IMG/VR virus record: IMGVR_UViG_3300011116_001125
Span: 1-64,000 of that record
Source of the DNA: a virus
DNA: 64,000 bases
Reading direction: 5' to 3' (one strand)
Shown here: positions 8,319-19,042 of the stretch, piece after piece
Layout: every line of letters starts with the position of its first letter
How positions within the stretch are numbered: position 1 is the first letter of the stretch
Position numbers and translations under genes: made by a program
The notes under the pieces: generated by a model
Told to the model about the DNA's origin: nothing
What the model saw: only the letters and a program-made list of their open reading frames with translations
Databases searched by the model: none

Positions 8319-9287
8319 ATGGCTGATGCTATTGTCGCATTTCAAGGTTGGAATAGGTCACAAGGTTGGGGGCTCGGGCCTTTTGGCACGGGCTCCATTG
8401 ATATTGGCGTCGCAACAGGGGCTGTAGGAACTGTTAGCGTTCAGGGTGACGCTGTAGCTTCGGTAACAGGTGTATTTTCTACAGGCCAAGTTGGTACCGT
8501 AGACGTTTACTTAAACACATCTATTGACCTCACAGGTGTAGTGGCTACAGGTCAAGTTGGCGATATTACAGTTGTTGGTAACGCTATTGCGGATACCACA
8601 GGCGTTGCCGCTACAGGTCAAGTTGGCAGTGTTTCGATTGTTGTCGATGTAAATGTCGACGTTACGGGCATAGCTGCTATTGGTCAGGTTGGCACTGTAG
8701 ATATTTATCTATCGCCTAATGTTGCCGTAACAGGGGTAGAAGCTACAGGCCAAGTTGGCAATGTTACTGTTGCTCTTTCCGCTAATGTTTCTGTAACTGG
8801 ATTAGAAGCTACAGGCCAAGTTGGCGATGTTACTGTTAGTGGCAACGCAGTAGTTGATGTTGCGGGGTTATCTGCAACAGGTGAAGTTGGAACTGTAGAA
8901 GTTCAACTTTCGCCTAATGTAAGCGTTACTGGTGTATCTGCTACGGGTGAAATTGGCACCGTTTCGGTTGTGCTTGTTACAAATGTTTTTGTAACGGGTG
9001 TAGAAGCAACGGCTACGGTAGGCAGTGTTACTGTTTCACTTTCGCCTAACGCCTACGTTATAGGGGTAGAAGCCACTGGTTATGTAGGAACTGTCACCGT
9101 TTGGGGGCAAATTGTGCCGAGCCAAAACCCCGATTGGAATACCTTTGTTCCAGTAGATGTGCCCGCTTGGGCGGCTATGACCCCTGCAAATACACCAAAT
9201 TGGATACCGATTGCGCCTTCGGATGATCCAAGCTATACTCCGATCAACCCATCCCAAACGCCAAACTGGGAGCAGATAGCTGCGTAA
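8319..9287 (+). CDS. Repetitive beta-strand tail/fibre-associated protein
   Basis: Many tandem ~23-aa VTGVxATGQVGxVxV units; Pro/Trp-rich C-terminus. Confidence 0.65.
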   Translation: MADAIVAFQGWNRSQGWGLGPFGTGSIDIGVATGAVGTVSVQGDAVASVTGVFSTGQVGTVDVYLNTSIDLTGVVATGQVGDITVVGNAIADTTGVAATGQVGSVSIVVDVNVDVTGIAAIGQVGTVDIYLSPNVAVTGVEATGQVGNVTVALSANVSVTGLEATGQVGDVTVSGNAVVDVAGLSATGEVGTVEVQLSPNVSVTGVSATGEIGTVSVVLVTNVFVTGVEATATVGSVTVSLSPNAYVIGVEATGYVGTVTVWGQIVPSQNPDWNTFVPVDVPAWAAMTPANTPNWIPIAPSDDPSYTPINPSQTPNWEQIAA

Positions 9288-9296
9288 AGGTGAAGC

Positions 9297-11483
9297 ATGG
9301 CAAGTACATATTCTGCTAATTTAAAACTTAATTTGATGGGTACGGGCGATCAGTCCGGCACATGGGGTGATACGACCAATACGAATTTAGGAACACTGCT
9401 CGAGCAGGCTATTGCGGGGTATACTACGCAGGCGCTCGCAGGTGCAGGCCCTACTGCATTAACTATTCCAGATGGTGCAACTGGTATCGGACGGTATTAC
9501 GTTATTGAGTTTACGGGCACTCCTACAGCAGGCCATCAGGTAACTGTTCCAGCGGTTCAAAAACCCTATATTTTCTACAATAATACCAATATCGCGGTTA
9601 CGGTCAAAGTAAGTGGTCAAACTGGTGTTACGATTGCCGTTGGTAAAAAAGCTATCGTATACAACAACGGCACTGATATTATTGAAGTTGCAAATGCTCC
9701 AGTAACGGAAGCAGGCACGCAAACCCTCACGAATAAAACGCTCACAAGCCCTACGCTTACGGCACCCGTATTAGGTACGCCTGCTTCTGGCACGCTTACT
9801 AACGCTACGGGCCTGCCTTTGACTACGGGTGTAACGGGCACTCTGCCCGTAGCTAATGGTGGAACGGGCATTACTTCGTTTGGTTCTGGTATCGCAACTT
9901 GGCTAGGCACCCCATCTAGCGCGAACCTTTTATCTGCTATGACAGATGAAACGGGTACGGGCCTACTGGTTTTTGCTACTTCACCATCGCTTACAACGCC
10001 TGCCCTTTCCGGTGAAACGTTTAGCACCTCGGCTACGGTTACGGCAGGAACAAACGCACAAGGGCAAGGCGCATTAACAAGCGATTATAATGTTATCACA
10101 ACGGCGGCTTCTAATCCTTCTGGTGTAACACTTCCTACTGCTACTACGGGTAGACGCATTGTTATTGTTAATAAGGGTGCAAATTCTGTAAACGTGTACC
10201 CTGCTACTGGCGCTGCGATTGATGCCTTGGCTGCAAACGCTTCTATTGCGTTGCCAGTTAGCGGCGTGATGATTTTTAACGCTTCTTCTACTACACAATG
10301 GTATTCTACTTATAATCTTACTCTTGCGGCTGCGGGGGTTACTTCTTTTAGTGCAGGTACCACAGGCTTTACGCCTTCAACCGCTACTACTGGTGCAGTT
10401 ACTCTTGCCGGAACATTAGGTACTGCAAATGGTGGCACAGGATTAACAACTTTTACGGCTGCCAATAATGCAATTTATTCTACATCTGCTTCTGCCGTTA
10501 CAGCAGGAACATTACCTGTTTTGGCGGGTGGAACAGGCGTAACAACAAGTACGGGCACAGGTTCCAATGTGCTTTCAACTTCTCCTGTTTTAACCACCCC
10601 TAATCTGGGCACGCCTTCTGCTGCAACGCTTACCAATGCTACAGGCTTACCCCTCACAACAGGGGTTACAGGCACCCTTCCTGTTGCAAATGGCGGGACA
10701 GGGGCAGCTACTCTTACTGCAAATAACGTATTGCTTGGTAACGGCACAAGTGCGCTACAGGTTGTTGCTCCTGGGACTAATGGTAATGTTCTTACTAGCA
10801 ATGGCACTACTTGGACAAGTTCTGCTCCTTCGTCTACTGGTCGACTTATCCGTGCGCCACAAATCCTGACATCTGGCACTTCATACACCACGCCTTCTAA
10901 CTGCACTGCGATCTACGTTGAACTTTGGGGTGCTGGTGGATCGGGTGGTCGTGGTAACTCTGGAAGCGGCGGCGGGGGCAGCGGTGCTTATTGCGCCAAG
11001 TATGCAACTGTTACTGGAAGCACGGCGTATACAATTGCGATTGGCTCTGGTGGTGCAGCTCCTACATCAAACAGTCAGAATGGTAACACTGGCGGTAGCA
11101 CCACCATTACTATTGGTGCAACGACCTATACAGCAGGCGGCGGTGGTGGTGGAAACGGTAACGCAGCAGATACTGGTGGAAGTGGTGGAACGGCTACAAA
11201 CGGGGATATAAACATCTCTGGACAACAAGGCGGTTTTTCTAAAAACGCTGGAACAGTAAATTTGCCACGCCCAGAACCTTGGGGCCAGTATTCAGGGGCT
11301 TCTGGAACAACATTTAGTGGTAATGGCGGCTCCACAGTTGGCCCCCTTGCTTGCCCAAGTGGAGGGCGCGCTGACGCCAGTGGCGCACCTACATTTTACG
11401 GTGCTGGATCAGGCGGCGTTGCGGCATCAGTAACGGCAAATGCTGGCTTTCAAGGTCTAATCCGTATCTGGGAGTACACATAA
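9297..11483 (+). CDS. Tail fibre protein
   Basis: 728 aa, T/G/A-rich; N-terminal GDQSGTWGDTTNTN; repeated GTLPVANGGTG; Gly-rich C-terminal domain. Confidence 0.8.
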   Translation: MASTYSANLKLNLMGTGDQSGTWGDTTNTNLGTLLEQAIAGYTTQALAGAGPTALTIPDGATGIGRYYVIEFTGTPTAGHQVTVPAVQKPYIFYNNTNIAVTVKVSGQTGVTIAVGKKAIVYNNGTDIIEVANAPVTEAGTQTLTNKTLTSPTLTAPVLGTPASGTLTNATGLPLTTGVTGTLPVANGGTGITSFGSGIATWLGTPSSANLLSAMTDETGTGLLVFATSPSLTTPALSGETFSTSATVTAGTNAQGQGALTSDYNVITTAASNPSGVTLPTATTGRRIVIVNKGANSVNVYPATGAAIDALAANASIALPVSGVMIFNASSTTQWYSTYNLTLAAAGVTSFSAGTTGFTPSTATTGAVTLAGTLGTANGGTGLTTFTAANNAIYSTSASAVTAGTLPVLAGGTGVTTSTGTGSNVLSTSPVLTTPNLGTPSAATLTNATGLPLTTGVTGTLPVANGGTGAATLTANNVLLGNGTSALQVVAPGTNGNVLTSNGTTWTSSAPSSTGRLIRAPQILTSGTSYTTPSNCTAIYVELWGAGGSGGRGNSGSGGGGSGAYCAKYATVTGSTAYTIAIGSGGAAPTSNSQNGNTGGSTTITIGATTYTAGGGGGGNGNAADTGGSGGTATNGDINISGQQGGFSKNAGTVNLPRPEPWGQYSGASGTTFSGNGGSTVGPLACPSGGRADASGAPTFYGAGSGGVAASVTANAGFQGLIRIWEYT

Positions 11484-11671
11484 TGCGTTGTGCTTTATTC
11501 CAAAACAGCAATAATACCGTCATCAATATCATCGTAGCTGATCCGGCAACGGACCCCACGCCAGAAGGTTGCACCATTGTAGGTCTTCCTGATGATTCAC
11601 CTGTTTCATTTGGTTGGATTTATAATCCCGCCACAGGACAATTTACTGATCCCAATCCGCCCCCTTCGTAA
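11483..11671 (+). CDS. Small tail-fibre-associated (chaperone-like) protein
   Basis: 62 aa, VINIIVAD...GWIYNPATGQFTDP; coupled to the fibre gene. Confidence 0.55.
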   Translation: MRCALFQNSNNTVINIIVADPATDPTPEGCTIVGLPDDSPVSFGWIYNPATGQFTDPNPPPS

Positions 11672-11681
11672 GGGTTAAAAT

Positions 11682-13556
11682 ATGCCTTACCAAAAACTTC
11701 AGTTTAAGCCCGGATTTATTCGTGATCTTACCGCCTATACCAACAAAGGCGGTTGGTACGATGGCAATCTTGTTCGGTTTAGATTAGGTTTTCCTCAATC
11801 AATTGGTGGGTGGATTAAGTACACAACGGCACAGTTTCTTGGTACTTGCCGCGCAATTTTTCCTTGGAACACGCTTAGCGGCAAGTTTTTCAATGCTATA
11901 GGTACGAGTTTAAAATACTATGTAGAATACGGCGGGGCGTTCTATGATGTAACTCCACTACGTGATACAGTGGTATTAAATAACCCATTTACTGCGACAA
12001 ATGGTTCCTCTATTATCAATGTGTACGATGTTGCGCATGGTGCATTGGATAATGATTTTGTTACATTTAGTGGAGCAGCAAGTTTAGGTGGAAACATCAC
12101 TGCGGCAGTTCTTAATAAACAATTTCAAATCACTTATGTTGATGTCGATAACTACAAAATCACTGTTTCTGCTACTGCCAATAGTTCGGATACAGGTCAT
12201 GGTGGGGCAACCGTAACCACTGCATATCAAATCAACACGGGCATTAACTCCGCATTGGTCGGCGGTGGTTGGGGAGCAGGCACATGGGGGCGACTTACTT
12301 GGGGCAGTGCTATCCCCGTTACGGCTAATCTTTCTTTACGCCTATGGTTTCAAGATAACTTTGGTGAAATACTATTGTTTAATGTTTATAATGGTGGAAT
12401 TTATCTATGGAACCCTGCAAGCTCTTCTTTAACTACACCACCGTACACGTTTAATCGTGCAGTTACACTAGCTAGCCTTTCAACTGATGCAACTACGCCT
12501 ACGCTCGCTACGCAAGTCATGGTCTCTGATCGTGACAGGCACGTTATTGCTTTTGGTGCGAATATGGGTGGCTCTACTAGCCAAGATGCGTTGCTTATTC
12601 GGTTTAGCAACCAAGAAGATTATACAACATGGACTTCTACTGCCACGAACACGGCAGGTGACTTACGCCTTGGTACAGGTAGCCGCATTATCCGTGCGCT
12701 AGAAACAAAGCGTGAGATTTTAGTATGGACAGATTCAGCACTGTATTCAATGCAGTTTGTTGGACCACCCTATACGTTTGGTATTACCCAAATTTCTTCT
12801 GCCACTACCGTTATTAGCGCAAACGCTTTTGCAGCTATTGACGATACTGTGTATTGGATGGGTAACCAAAAATTTTACGTTTATGATGGTGCAGCTAAAG
12901 AACTTGTTTGCCCGATTAAAAACTATGTTTTCAACGGCATGAATGGCGCACAGGTTGAAAAAATAACAGTAGGTGTCAATTCTGAATTCAACGAAGTAAC
13001 GTGGTTTTATCCTTCAACCAACTCTTCTGATTGCGACCTATACGTTACTTATAATTATGCTGATCAAGCATGGACGTATGGTAGTTTGGCACGCACTGCA
13101 TGGGTAGACCGTGGGCAAGAAGGCTACCCGTTAGCTGCCGGAACAGACGGATATCTGTACTATCAAGAGTATGGTTCTAACGACGGTAGTACTAGCCCCG
13201 CTTCGCCATTAAATACGTATATTGAAAGTGCCCCGTTTGATATTGGCGAAGGCAATCAAATGTCTTTTGTCAAACAGCTTATTCCAGATGTTTCGTTTGT
13301 AGACTCCACAAACTCACCTAGCCTCAGCATGACGGTAAAGGTGCAAAACTATCCTGGAAGTAACTACAGCACTGCCCAAACAACTACTTCTGCTGTTACG
13401 CAAACGGCAACTGTTCCTATTGAACAGTATACTAACCAAGTTTCTTTGCGGCTACGGGGTAGGCAAGTCACATTTCGCGTTGAAAGCAATAAAACCGATA
13501 CAAGTTGGGTATTAGGTAGCCCTCGTTTGGACATACAACCTGATGGGCGTCGCTAA
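11682..13556 (+). CDS. Tail nozzle / tubular protein B (DNA stabilisation) protein
   Basis: 624 aa, beta-propeller-like; WYDGNLVRFRLG, DNFGE, IRFSNQED, AGDLRL motifs. Confidence 0.7.
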   Translation: MPYQKLQFKPGFIRDLTAYTNKGGWYDGNLVRFRLGFPQSIGGWIKYTTAQFLGTCRAIFPWNTLSGKFFNAIGTSLKYYVEYGGAFYDVTPLRDTVVLNNPFTATNGSSIINVYDVAHGALDNDFVTFSGAASLGGNITAAVLNKQFQITYVDVDNYKITVSATANSSDTGHGGATVTTAYQINTGINSALVGGGWGAGTWGRLTWGSAIPVTANLSLRLWFQDNFGEILLFNVYNGGIYLWNPASSSLTTPPYTFNRAVTLASLSTDATTPTLATQVMVSDRDRHVIAFGANMGGSTSQDALLIRFSNQEDYTTWTSTATNTAGDLRLGTGSRIIRALETKREILVWTDSALYSMQFVGPPYTFGITQISSATTVISANAFAAIDDTVYWMGNQKFYVYDGAAKELVCPIKNYVFNGMNGAQVEKITVGVNSEFNEVTWFYPSTNSSDCDLYVTYNYADQAWTYGSLARTAWVDRGQEGYPLAAGTDGYLYYQEYGSNDGSTSPASPLNTYIESAPFDIGEGNQMSFVKQLIPDVSFVDSTNSPSLSMTVKVQNYPGSNYSTAQTTTSAVTQTATVPIEQYTNQVSLRLRGRQVTFRVESNKTDTSWVLGSPRLDIQPDGRR

Positions 13557-13852
13557 TGGATGTAAGGCTTGTTTTACCCGCCTTTCAAATAGCGCCTAAA
13601 GAATACAGCCAAGGCTATTTGAACAACTTGGTGAATATGCTCAACATTGCTTTTACGGCAATGCGTTCTCCTGGAGAAGGTAGGCAATCTACGTTGGTAA
13701 TCACCAATATGCCTTCAGATGGGTACAATTTAGAAACAGGAACGTTGTTTCAAATAAACGGGGTGGTATACGTTTCAACTTTAAACAGGGCGTATACTTA
13801 TGGACTTTCCGCTACAGGGGCAGTAGGCACCGTAACTGTAAGCATTGTTTAG
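13556..13852 (+). CDS. Hypothetical tail-associated protein
   Basis: 98 aa; ends in GLSATGAVGTVTV, like the 8319 repeat unit. Confidence 0.55.
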   Translation: MDVRLVLPAFQIAPKEYSQGYLNNLVNMLNIAFTAMRSPGEGRQSTLVITNMPSDGYNLETGTLFQINGVVYVSTLNRAYTYGLSATGAVGTVTVSIV

Positions 13853-13945
13853 CTTGTGTTTTCTACAATGGGACAGTATGGTGAAAGGGCCAAGTATCAG
13901 GTAGGCCCCTGCATAAAGTTCCATACAACTTAAGGGTATGCTCTT

Positions 13946-15412
13946 ATGCAAGGCATTGAATCACTTGTACCTGACCAAGCTGCTCCGATGGATGATAATT
14001 CTGCCATTGTTGAGCAAATAAAGGCGCAGCTTCCGCCTGAGTTGGTTAATGAACTGCAAGCCGTAATTACGCGGATTGCTAGTTTGCCCGTTGAAAATAT
14101 TCAAAAGTTTTTATCTATTTTGGATTATATTGACCAAAATAGCGATAACTATGATCAAGTTGTACAGCAACTTGTACAAAGCGGCGATATTCAACAAGGT
14201 GACCTGCCCCCGCAATACGACCCTTCTTTATTTTCTTCTATTAAAGAAGTTGCTAATCTTGCACTGCAAATAAAGCAGGGGGCAGGGGCAACTCCTGAAA
14301 TGCCGATGGAAATGGCTATGGGAGGCCTTGCTTCATACGGGCGCAACGGCGACACAATGTTGGCGCATATCAGCCCTTACGAAGCTAACATCCTACGTAG
14401 TTATGGCGGGGCAGGCACCATCAACCCACGCACAGGCTTGCGCGAATACGGTTTTGATTTCGGTAGTTTGTTTAAAAGTATCGCGCCTGTACTCGGTGCC
14501 GTTGTTGGCTCATTCTTGCCTTTTGGCAGTGTTATCGGCCCTGCTATCGGTAGTTTTGCTGCAAGTAAATTGGCGGGTAATTCTACAGAAGATGCTCTTT
14601 GGGGAGCTGCCGCTGCGGGTGGACTAGGCTATTTTGCAGGACAAACAACTGCCGCGCAACTCGGGGGCTACGGCACAGAAGGTACTTCACTTGGCTCGGC
14701 TGTTCTTAAAGGCATACAAGCTCCTGCCACACAGGGTGGGGGCATTGGTTCCTTGTTTAGTATGAACGCCCCTACTGTTCCACCACCGCAAGGTGCACCC
14801 GTTGGTGCGATGCCTACGGATGCGTCTAAAGTGTTTTCACCGCCACCAAGTGCCACAGCACCCGCAGCCGCCACAACTGGCTCTACAGCCACGGCTGGGG
14901 CCTTTGACCCGCGCACCTTTATTTCGGCTTCGCCTTCGCAACTGCAAGCAGCTAATCTTACTTCTGATCAGTTAAAACAAATTGTAGACCTTAAGGCTAA
15001 CTACAAAGCCTTGGGCCTTGCTACGGGGCCAAACGATTGGATGTCTGGGATTAGTAATTTTGTAACCCAAAATCCGTTGCCTACAGCTATGTTGCTTTCC
15101 ACAATAGCTTCATTGGATAGGCCAGAAGAAGATAATACCCCATTGGTCACAGCAGGCCAAAAATACCGTACAGACCCTAGCAAATATAATATCCTTGCAA
15201 AAGGCGGTATGCCAGTGAGCGAAGTTGATGCGCGTGTGGGTGGGCACTTACAGGGTCCAGGAACAGGCACAAGTGACAGTATTCCAGCGCGACTTAGCGA
15301 TGGTGAGTTTGTAATGACCGCAAAGGCTGTACGCGGCGCAGGTGATGGTGACCGTAAAGCGGGCGCACGCCGCATGTATCAGTTAATGCACGAATTTGAA
15401 AAAAGGGCCTGA
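13946..15412 (+). CDS. Internal virion / DNA ejection protein
   Basis: Contains GDTMLAHISPYEA...GTINPRTGLREY and GPGTGTSDSIPARLSDGEFV modules plus Gly/Ala hydrophobic segments. Confidence 0.65.
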   Translation: MQGIESLVPDQAAPMDDNSAIVEQIKAQLPPELVNELQAVITRIASLPVENIQKFLSILDYIDQNSDNYDQVVQQLVQSGDIQQGDLPPQYDPSLFSSIKEVANLALQIKQGAGATPEMPMEMAMGGLASYGRNGDTMLAHISPYEANILRSYGGAGTINPRTGLREYGFDFGSLFKSIAPVLGAVVGSFLPFGSVIGPAIGSFAASKLAGNSTEDALWGAAAAGGLGYFAGQTTAAQLGGYGTEGTSLGSAVLKGIQAPATQGGGIGSLFSMNAPTVPPPQGAPVGAMPTDASKVFSPPPSATAPAAATTGSTATAGAFDPRTFISASPSQLQAANLTSDQLKQIVDLKANYKALGLATGPNDWMSGISNFVTQNPLPTAMLLSTIASLDRPEEDNTPLVTAGQKYRTDPSKYNILAKGGMPVSEVDARVGGHLQGPGTGTSDSIPARLSDGEFVMTAKAVRGAGDGDRKAGARRMYQLMHEFEKRA

Positions 15413-15415
15413 TAA

Positions 15416-17002
15416 ATGGCAACTACATTAACTCAACAACAGGTGTTAATGGACCCCGAAGTGGGGCCATACCTCATTGGTTTGATGGAAAGTGCCAAGA
15501 AACAAGGCACCCTTTCTAAAGATGTTAAAATACCTGAGTACAAATTTGCGGATTTTACGCCTAAGCAGAAGCAGGCGTTTGAAATGGCCCAACAAGGTAT
15601 TGGGTCATACGAACAGTTTTTTGATAAGTCAGGCAAACTTTACGATCAAGCAGCGGCTCAATTTGCGCAACTTCCGCAGTTTGGCGGTAAAGCAGTAGAA
15701 GCCGTGACCGCAGGTAAAGCTGCCGCTGAACCCCTTATGGGTACCGCAGCAGAAAAATATGGCGCAGTTAGCGATATTGCGGGCAAGGGTGTTTCTACTA
15801 CTGCCGCAGGTGCTGAAGCTGCCCAACCATTGTTGAAAACAGCCGCTGAAACGTATGGTGGCTTGCCTTCTTACGCTAAAGAAGCGGCGGCTACTACTGC
15901 CGCAGGACGCGCTGCTGCTTTAGGTAAAACAGCAGAAGCTGCCGCAGGATACGGTAGTTTAACTGACTATGGTAGTCAAGCTCAAAGGTTAGCCGCAGCC
16001 GGAGCAGCAGGGTTTGATCCTGCTAGCACCGCCAAATTTATGGACCCTTACCAACAACAAGTCATCCGTAATGCTATGGATGAAATGCGCCGCCAAAGCG
16101 ATATCAGCCAACAGGCTGCTGCCGCGCAGGCCGTCCGCGCAGGTGCTTTTGGTGGAAGTCGTTTTGGTGTGCAACAAGCAGAATTGGCGCGTAACCTTGC
16201 GCAGGCGCAAGACCAAAAAATCGCTGAGCTTATGTCACAAGGGTATTCGCAGGCACAAGCCACCGCGCTCACCGCTTTTGAAAATGAACAAAAGCGTAAG
16301 CAAGTGGAAGCAGGTACCGCGCTTAGTGCAGGTGAGCTAGCAGGCAAAGGTGCCAGTGGCATTGAAAGCCTTGCAGCTAAAGAGTTTGCAATGAGCGATG
16401 CAGAAGCTGCGCGCCAAGCCGCTATTGCAGATGCTGAAAAAGCAAAGGCCGCAGGCATTGCCAGTTTGGCAGGTGAAACTGCCGATATTGCCAAGGGCGT
16501 AGGCGCACAACAGCTCACTGCCGCACAGCTCGAAGGTACTGCCGCAAGCGGAATTGAAAGCCTTGCGGGTAAAGAGTTTGGCATGGGTAAAGACATCAGC
16601 AATACGCAACTTGCGGCGGGTGATCTTGCGGGCAGAAGCGCACAGGGCATAGCTAGCCTTGGTGAAACACAAGCTAATCTTGGCAAAGCCACACAGGCCG
16701 CAGGGCAGGCAGATGTCAGTTTCCTTGCTAACATTGGTGCGCAAGAACGTGCCGATCTTCAAGCAAGAGAAGATGCAAAACGTTTTCTTGAAGTGCAACA
16801 GCAAAATCAACCTTGGGATATTTTGGCTAAAGTTAGTGACATTTACAAAGGTGTTCCTAGCGGCTCTACTACAACAGGCGCTACAAGTACTCAAGCGCCA
16901 AGCACTGCTAGCCAGATTTTGGGTAATACCCTTTCTATCTACGGTGCGTTAAACCAAGCTAATCAACCAACTACATCCGGTTATGCAGGCTACAAGCAAT
17001 GA
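15416..17002 (+). CDS. Internal virion / DNA ejection protein (Ala/Gln-rich helical)
   Basis: FMDPYQQQV...AGAFGGSRFGV motif. Confidence 0.65.
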   Translation: MATTLTQQQVLMDPEVGPYLIGLMESAKKQGTLSKDVKIPEYKFADFTPKQKQAFEMAQQGIGSYEQFFDKSGKLYDQAAAQFAQLPQFGGKAVEAVTAGKAAAEPLMGTAAEKYGAVSDIAGKGVSTTAAGAEAAQPLLKTAAETYGGLPSYAKEAAATTAAGRAAALGKTAEAAAGYGSLTDYGSQAQRLAAAGAAGFDPASTAKFMDPYQQQVIRNAMDEMRRQSDISQQAAAAQAVRAGAFGGSRFGVQQAELARNLAQAQDQKIAELMSQGYSQAQATALTAFENEQKRKQVEAGTALSAGELAGKGASGIESLAAKEFAMSDAEAARQAAIADAEKAKAAGIASLAGETADIAKGVGAQQLTAAQLEGTAASGIESLAGKEFGMGKDISNTQLAAGDLAGRSAQGIASLGETQANLGKATQAAGQADVSFLANIGAQERADLQAREDAKRFLEVQQQNQPWDILAKVSDIYKGVPSGSTTTGATSTQAPSTASQILGNTLSIYGALNQANQPTTSGYAGYKQ

Positions 17003-19032
17003 GCAAAGTACTTCAACGCGATTTGTTTAGGGGCAAAGCTCCACGGGCACCTGCCCATGGAACAGGGATCACTGCCTATTTCATGGATGACCGTCCTGGG
17101 TTTGCTGATGGCGAACTGGTCGATTACAACAAGTTGATGCAAGATTATCTTAGTAAGCCTGCTGCGCAAATGCCGGAAGCCCCTGCAAGTGATTTTGAAA
17201 CGCTTTTCAAAAACTATAGCGCGGTTGTTGGTAAATCGCTTGGGCCAGAACGTACGTATGATGATTTGCTAAAAGAGCGTATGCGAATTTTAGGGCCTAA
17301 CGTAGATAGCGAATCTGCACGTAACTATGCTCTTATGCAGTTGGGTAGCAAAATAGCAGCTACTCCTGGAGGGCTTGGTTTAGGTATTTCCGCCGGAATG
17401 CCAGAATACGCAGGCGTTATGAGCAAAGCAGAATCTGAGCGCCGTGCATTGGAACGTTCTGCAGGCGCTAGCGCATTGGAGGCTCTTGATAAAGATCGTG
17501 CTTTACGTCGTGGTGCCGAAACTGAAGCAGCTAAATACGCATTTACCGAATCTGAAGCGGCTAAAAAATCTGCTTATACTTCGGCAGTTGAAGCTGCAAA
17601 AGCAAGTGAAGAACGCAAGTTCAAAGCCCTACAAGATCTTGCTAAGTACCAAAACGAGCAACGCGATAAATATGGCGTGCTTGGAACTGAAAGTTTTGCC
17701 TTGGAGGATCCTACCTCTCCAGGAGGCTATAAAATCATTGGTGCGCGGCGCACACCACAGGGTTTGGTGCAAGTTGGGAATGGTCAGCCTGTTCCTCAAA
17801 ACGCTATTCCTGTTGGCGATTCGTTTATTTCTGAGCTTAAAAAACAGGGCCAAGCGAAAGAAGCTACCAATATCAGTATCCAAAATCCTGACGGAACCAC
17901 TTTTGGTAAGCCCATAGCGGCTATTCAAAAAGGCGATAAATTCTACGATGCGTCTACGGGTACAGTTATCGATAGACCGTTTAGAATTATGGATAAATCC
18001 GGTACGGCGGGCAGTGGTACAAGTTCATCTTACGTTATTCAAGATCCTAATTCTCCGTTTGGTGTGAAAGAAGTTATTGGTTTTACTGACCCAACAAGTC
18101 AACAAAACTACTACATGCAAAATGGTATTCGGTTTGATTTTGACAGCGGCAAAGGTATCAAAGCGAGCCTTGCTGACGTACTTAAATCAGATACCAAAGA
18201 TGGTGAAACTACAACTACGCCTAGCTTTGGTCCGTATGCAGGCAAGCCGTTTACTGTTTCTTCTGAAAAACGTAACGTGCAATTTAAACCGCCTGTTCCT
18301 AGTGAAGATCCTGCTTTGCTTGGCGGAGAAGTTAAACCTCAAGAAGGTGAAGCTCAGAAAAAAAGTGAAAAAGCTCCGATTGGCGCTATTACAGGTGAAG
18401 GCCCTGAACGGTATTTTATCAAGCCTGAGCCGTTTAAAAGCTCGCTTAGCTACTCACAACTTTCTGCACAAGATAAACAGGATTTGCGTGATTCTGTACA
18501 AGGCAGTGAGAAATTTCTAGCCAGTGCAGATGATGTTTTGAAAGCAATGCCGGAATCACTTGGGCCGCTTAGTAAAGTTAAGAGCCTTACCACCAACTAC
18601 ATCGGTCCGATTACGCCAAAAGCTATTGAACCTTATGTTACCTATCTTAAAACCGAAGCGGGCAAACAGCAGTTGCGTATCATGCGCCAAACGGCTCAGT
18701 TGGCCTTTGCTAAAAACCCACGGTTCCCGCAGGGTGAACTTAAGACCATCGATGAAATGATTGAAGATCCCGATGCGTTTTTTGCTGATCCTAAAGCAGG
18801 CATGACCCGTTACTCAACTTTGGTTCGTGAAGTACGTAATTCTTTAGAACGCGATCGTGCTATGATAGAGGGTCGCGATGCAAAGGTCATTGAACGTGTT
18901 CCCACAGGCAGTGCCAATGATCCTTTCTCCTTTGATAAAACGCCTTACTTGGTTGAGCTTAAAAACAGTGGCGTAAACCTCAAGGGCGTTTATTATAGGG
19001 ATCAACAAGGTAACCTCCGTCAAATTCCCTAA
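16999..19032 (+). CDS. Internal virion / DNA ejection protein
   Basis: 677 aa; position between the other ejection-type genes. Confidence 0.55.
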   Translation: MSKVLQRDLFRGKAPRAPAHGTGITAYFMDDRPGFADGELVDYNKLMQDYLSKPAAQMPEAPASDFETLFKNYSAVVGKSLGPERTYDDLLKERMRILGPNVDSESARNYALMQLGSKIAATPGGLGLGISAGMPEYAGVMSKAESERRALERSAGASALEALDKDRALRRGAETEAAKYAFTESEAAKKSAYTSAVEAAKASEERKFKALQDLAKYQNEQRDKYGVLGTESFALEDPTSPGGYKIIGARRTPQGLVQVGNGQPVPQNAIPVGDSFISELKKQGQAKEATNISIQNPDGTTFGKPIAAIQKGDKFYDASTGTVIDRPFRIMDKSGTAGSGTSSSYVIQDPNSPFGVKEVIGFTDPTSQQNYYMQNGIRFDFDSGKGIKASLADVLKSDTKDGETTTTPSFGPYAGKPFTVSSEKRNVQFKPPVPSEDPALLGGEVKPQEGEAQKKSEKAPIGAITGEGPERYFIKPEPFKSSLSYSQLSAQDKQDLRDSVQGSEKFLASADDVLKAMPESLGPLSKVKSLTTNYIGPITPKAIEPYVTYLKTEAGKQQLRIMRQTAQLAFAKNPRFPQGELKTIDEMIEDPDAFFADPKAGMTRYSTLVREVRNSLERDRAMIEGRDAKVIERVPTGSANDPFSFDKTPYLVELKNSGVNLKGVYYRDQQGNLRQIP

Positions 19033-19042
19033 GGGGCAGTAA

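Noticed and set aside
9775-10705. Internal duplication in the tail fibre (TLTNATGLPLTTGVTGTLPVANGGTG x2)
   Set aside because: Real, but ordinary for fibre shaft repeats; no invertase or shufflon structure.
16048-16894. Long antisense ORFs (228 aa, 185 aa) and other minus-strand ORFs
   Set aside because: Shadows of Ala/Gly-rich plus-strand genes; no recognisable SD or motifs.
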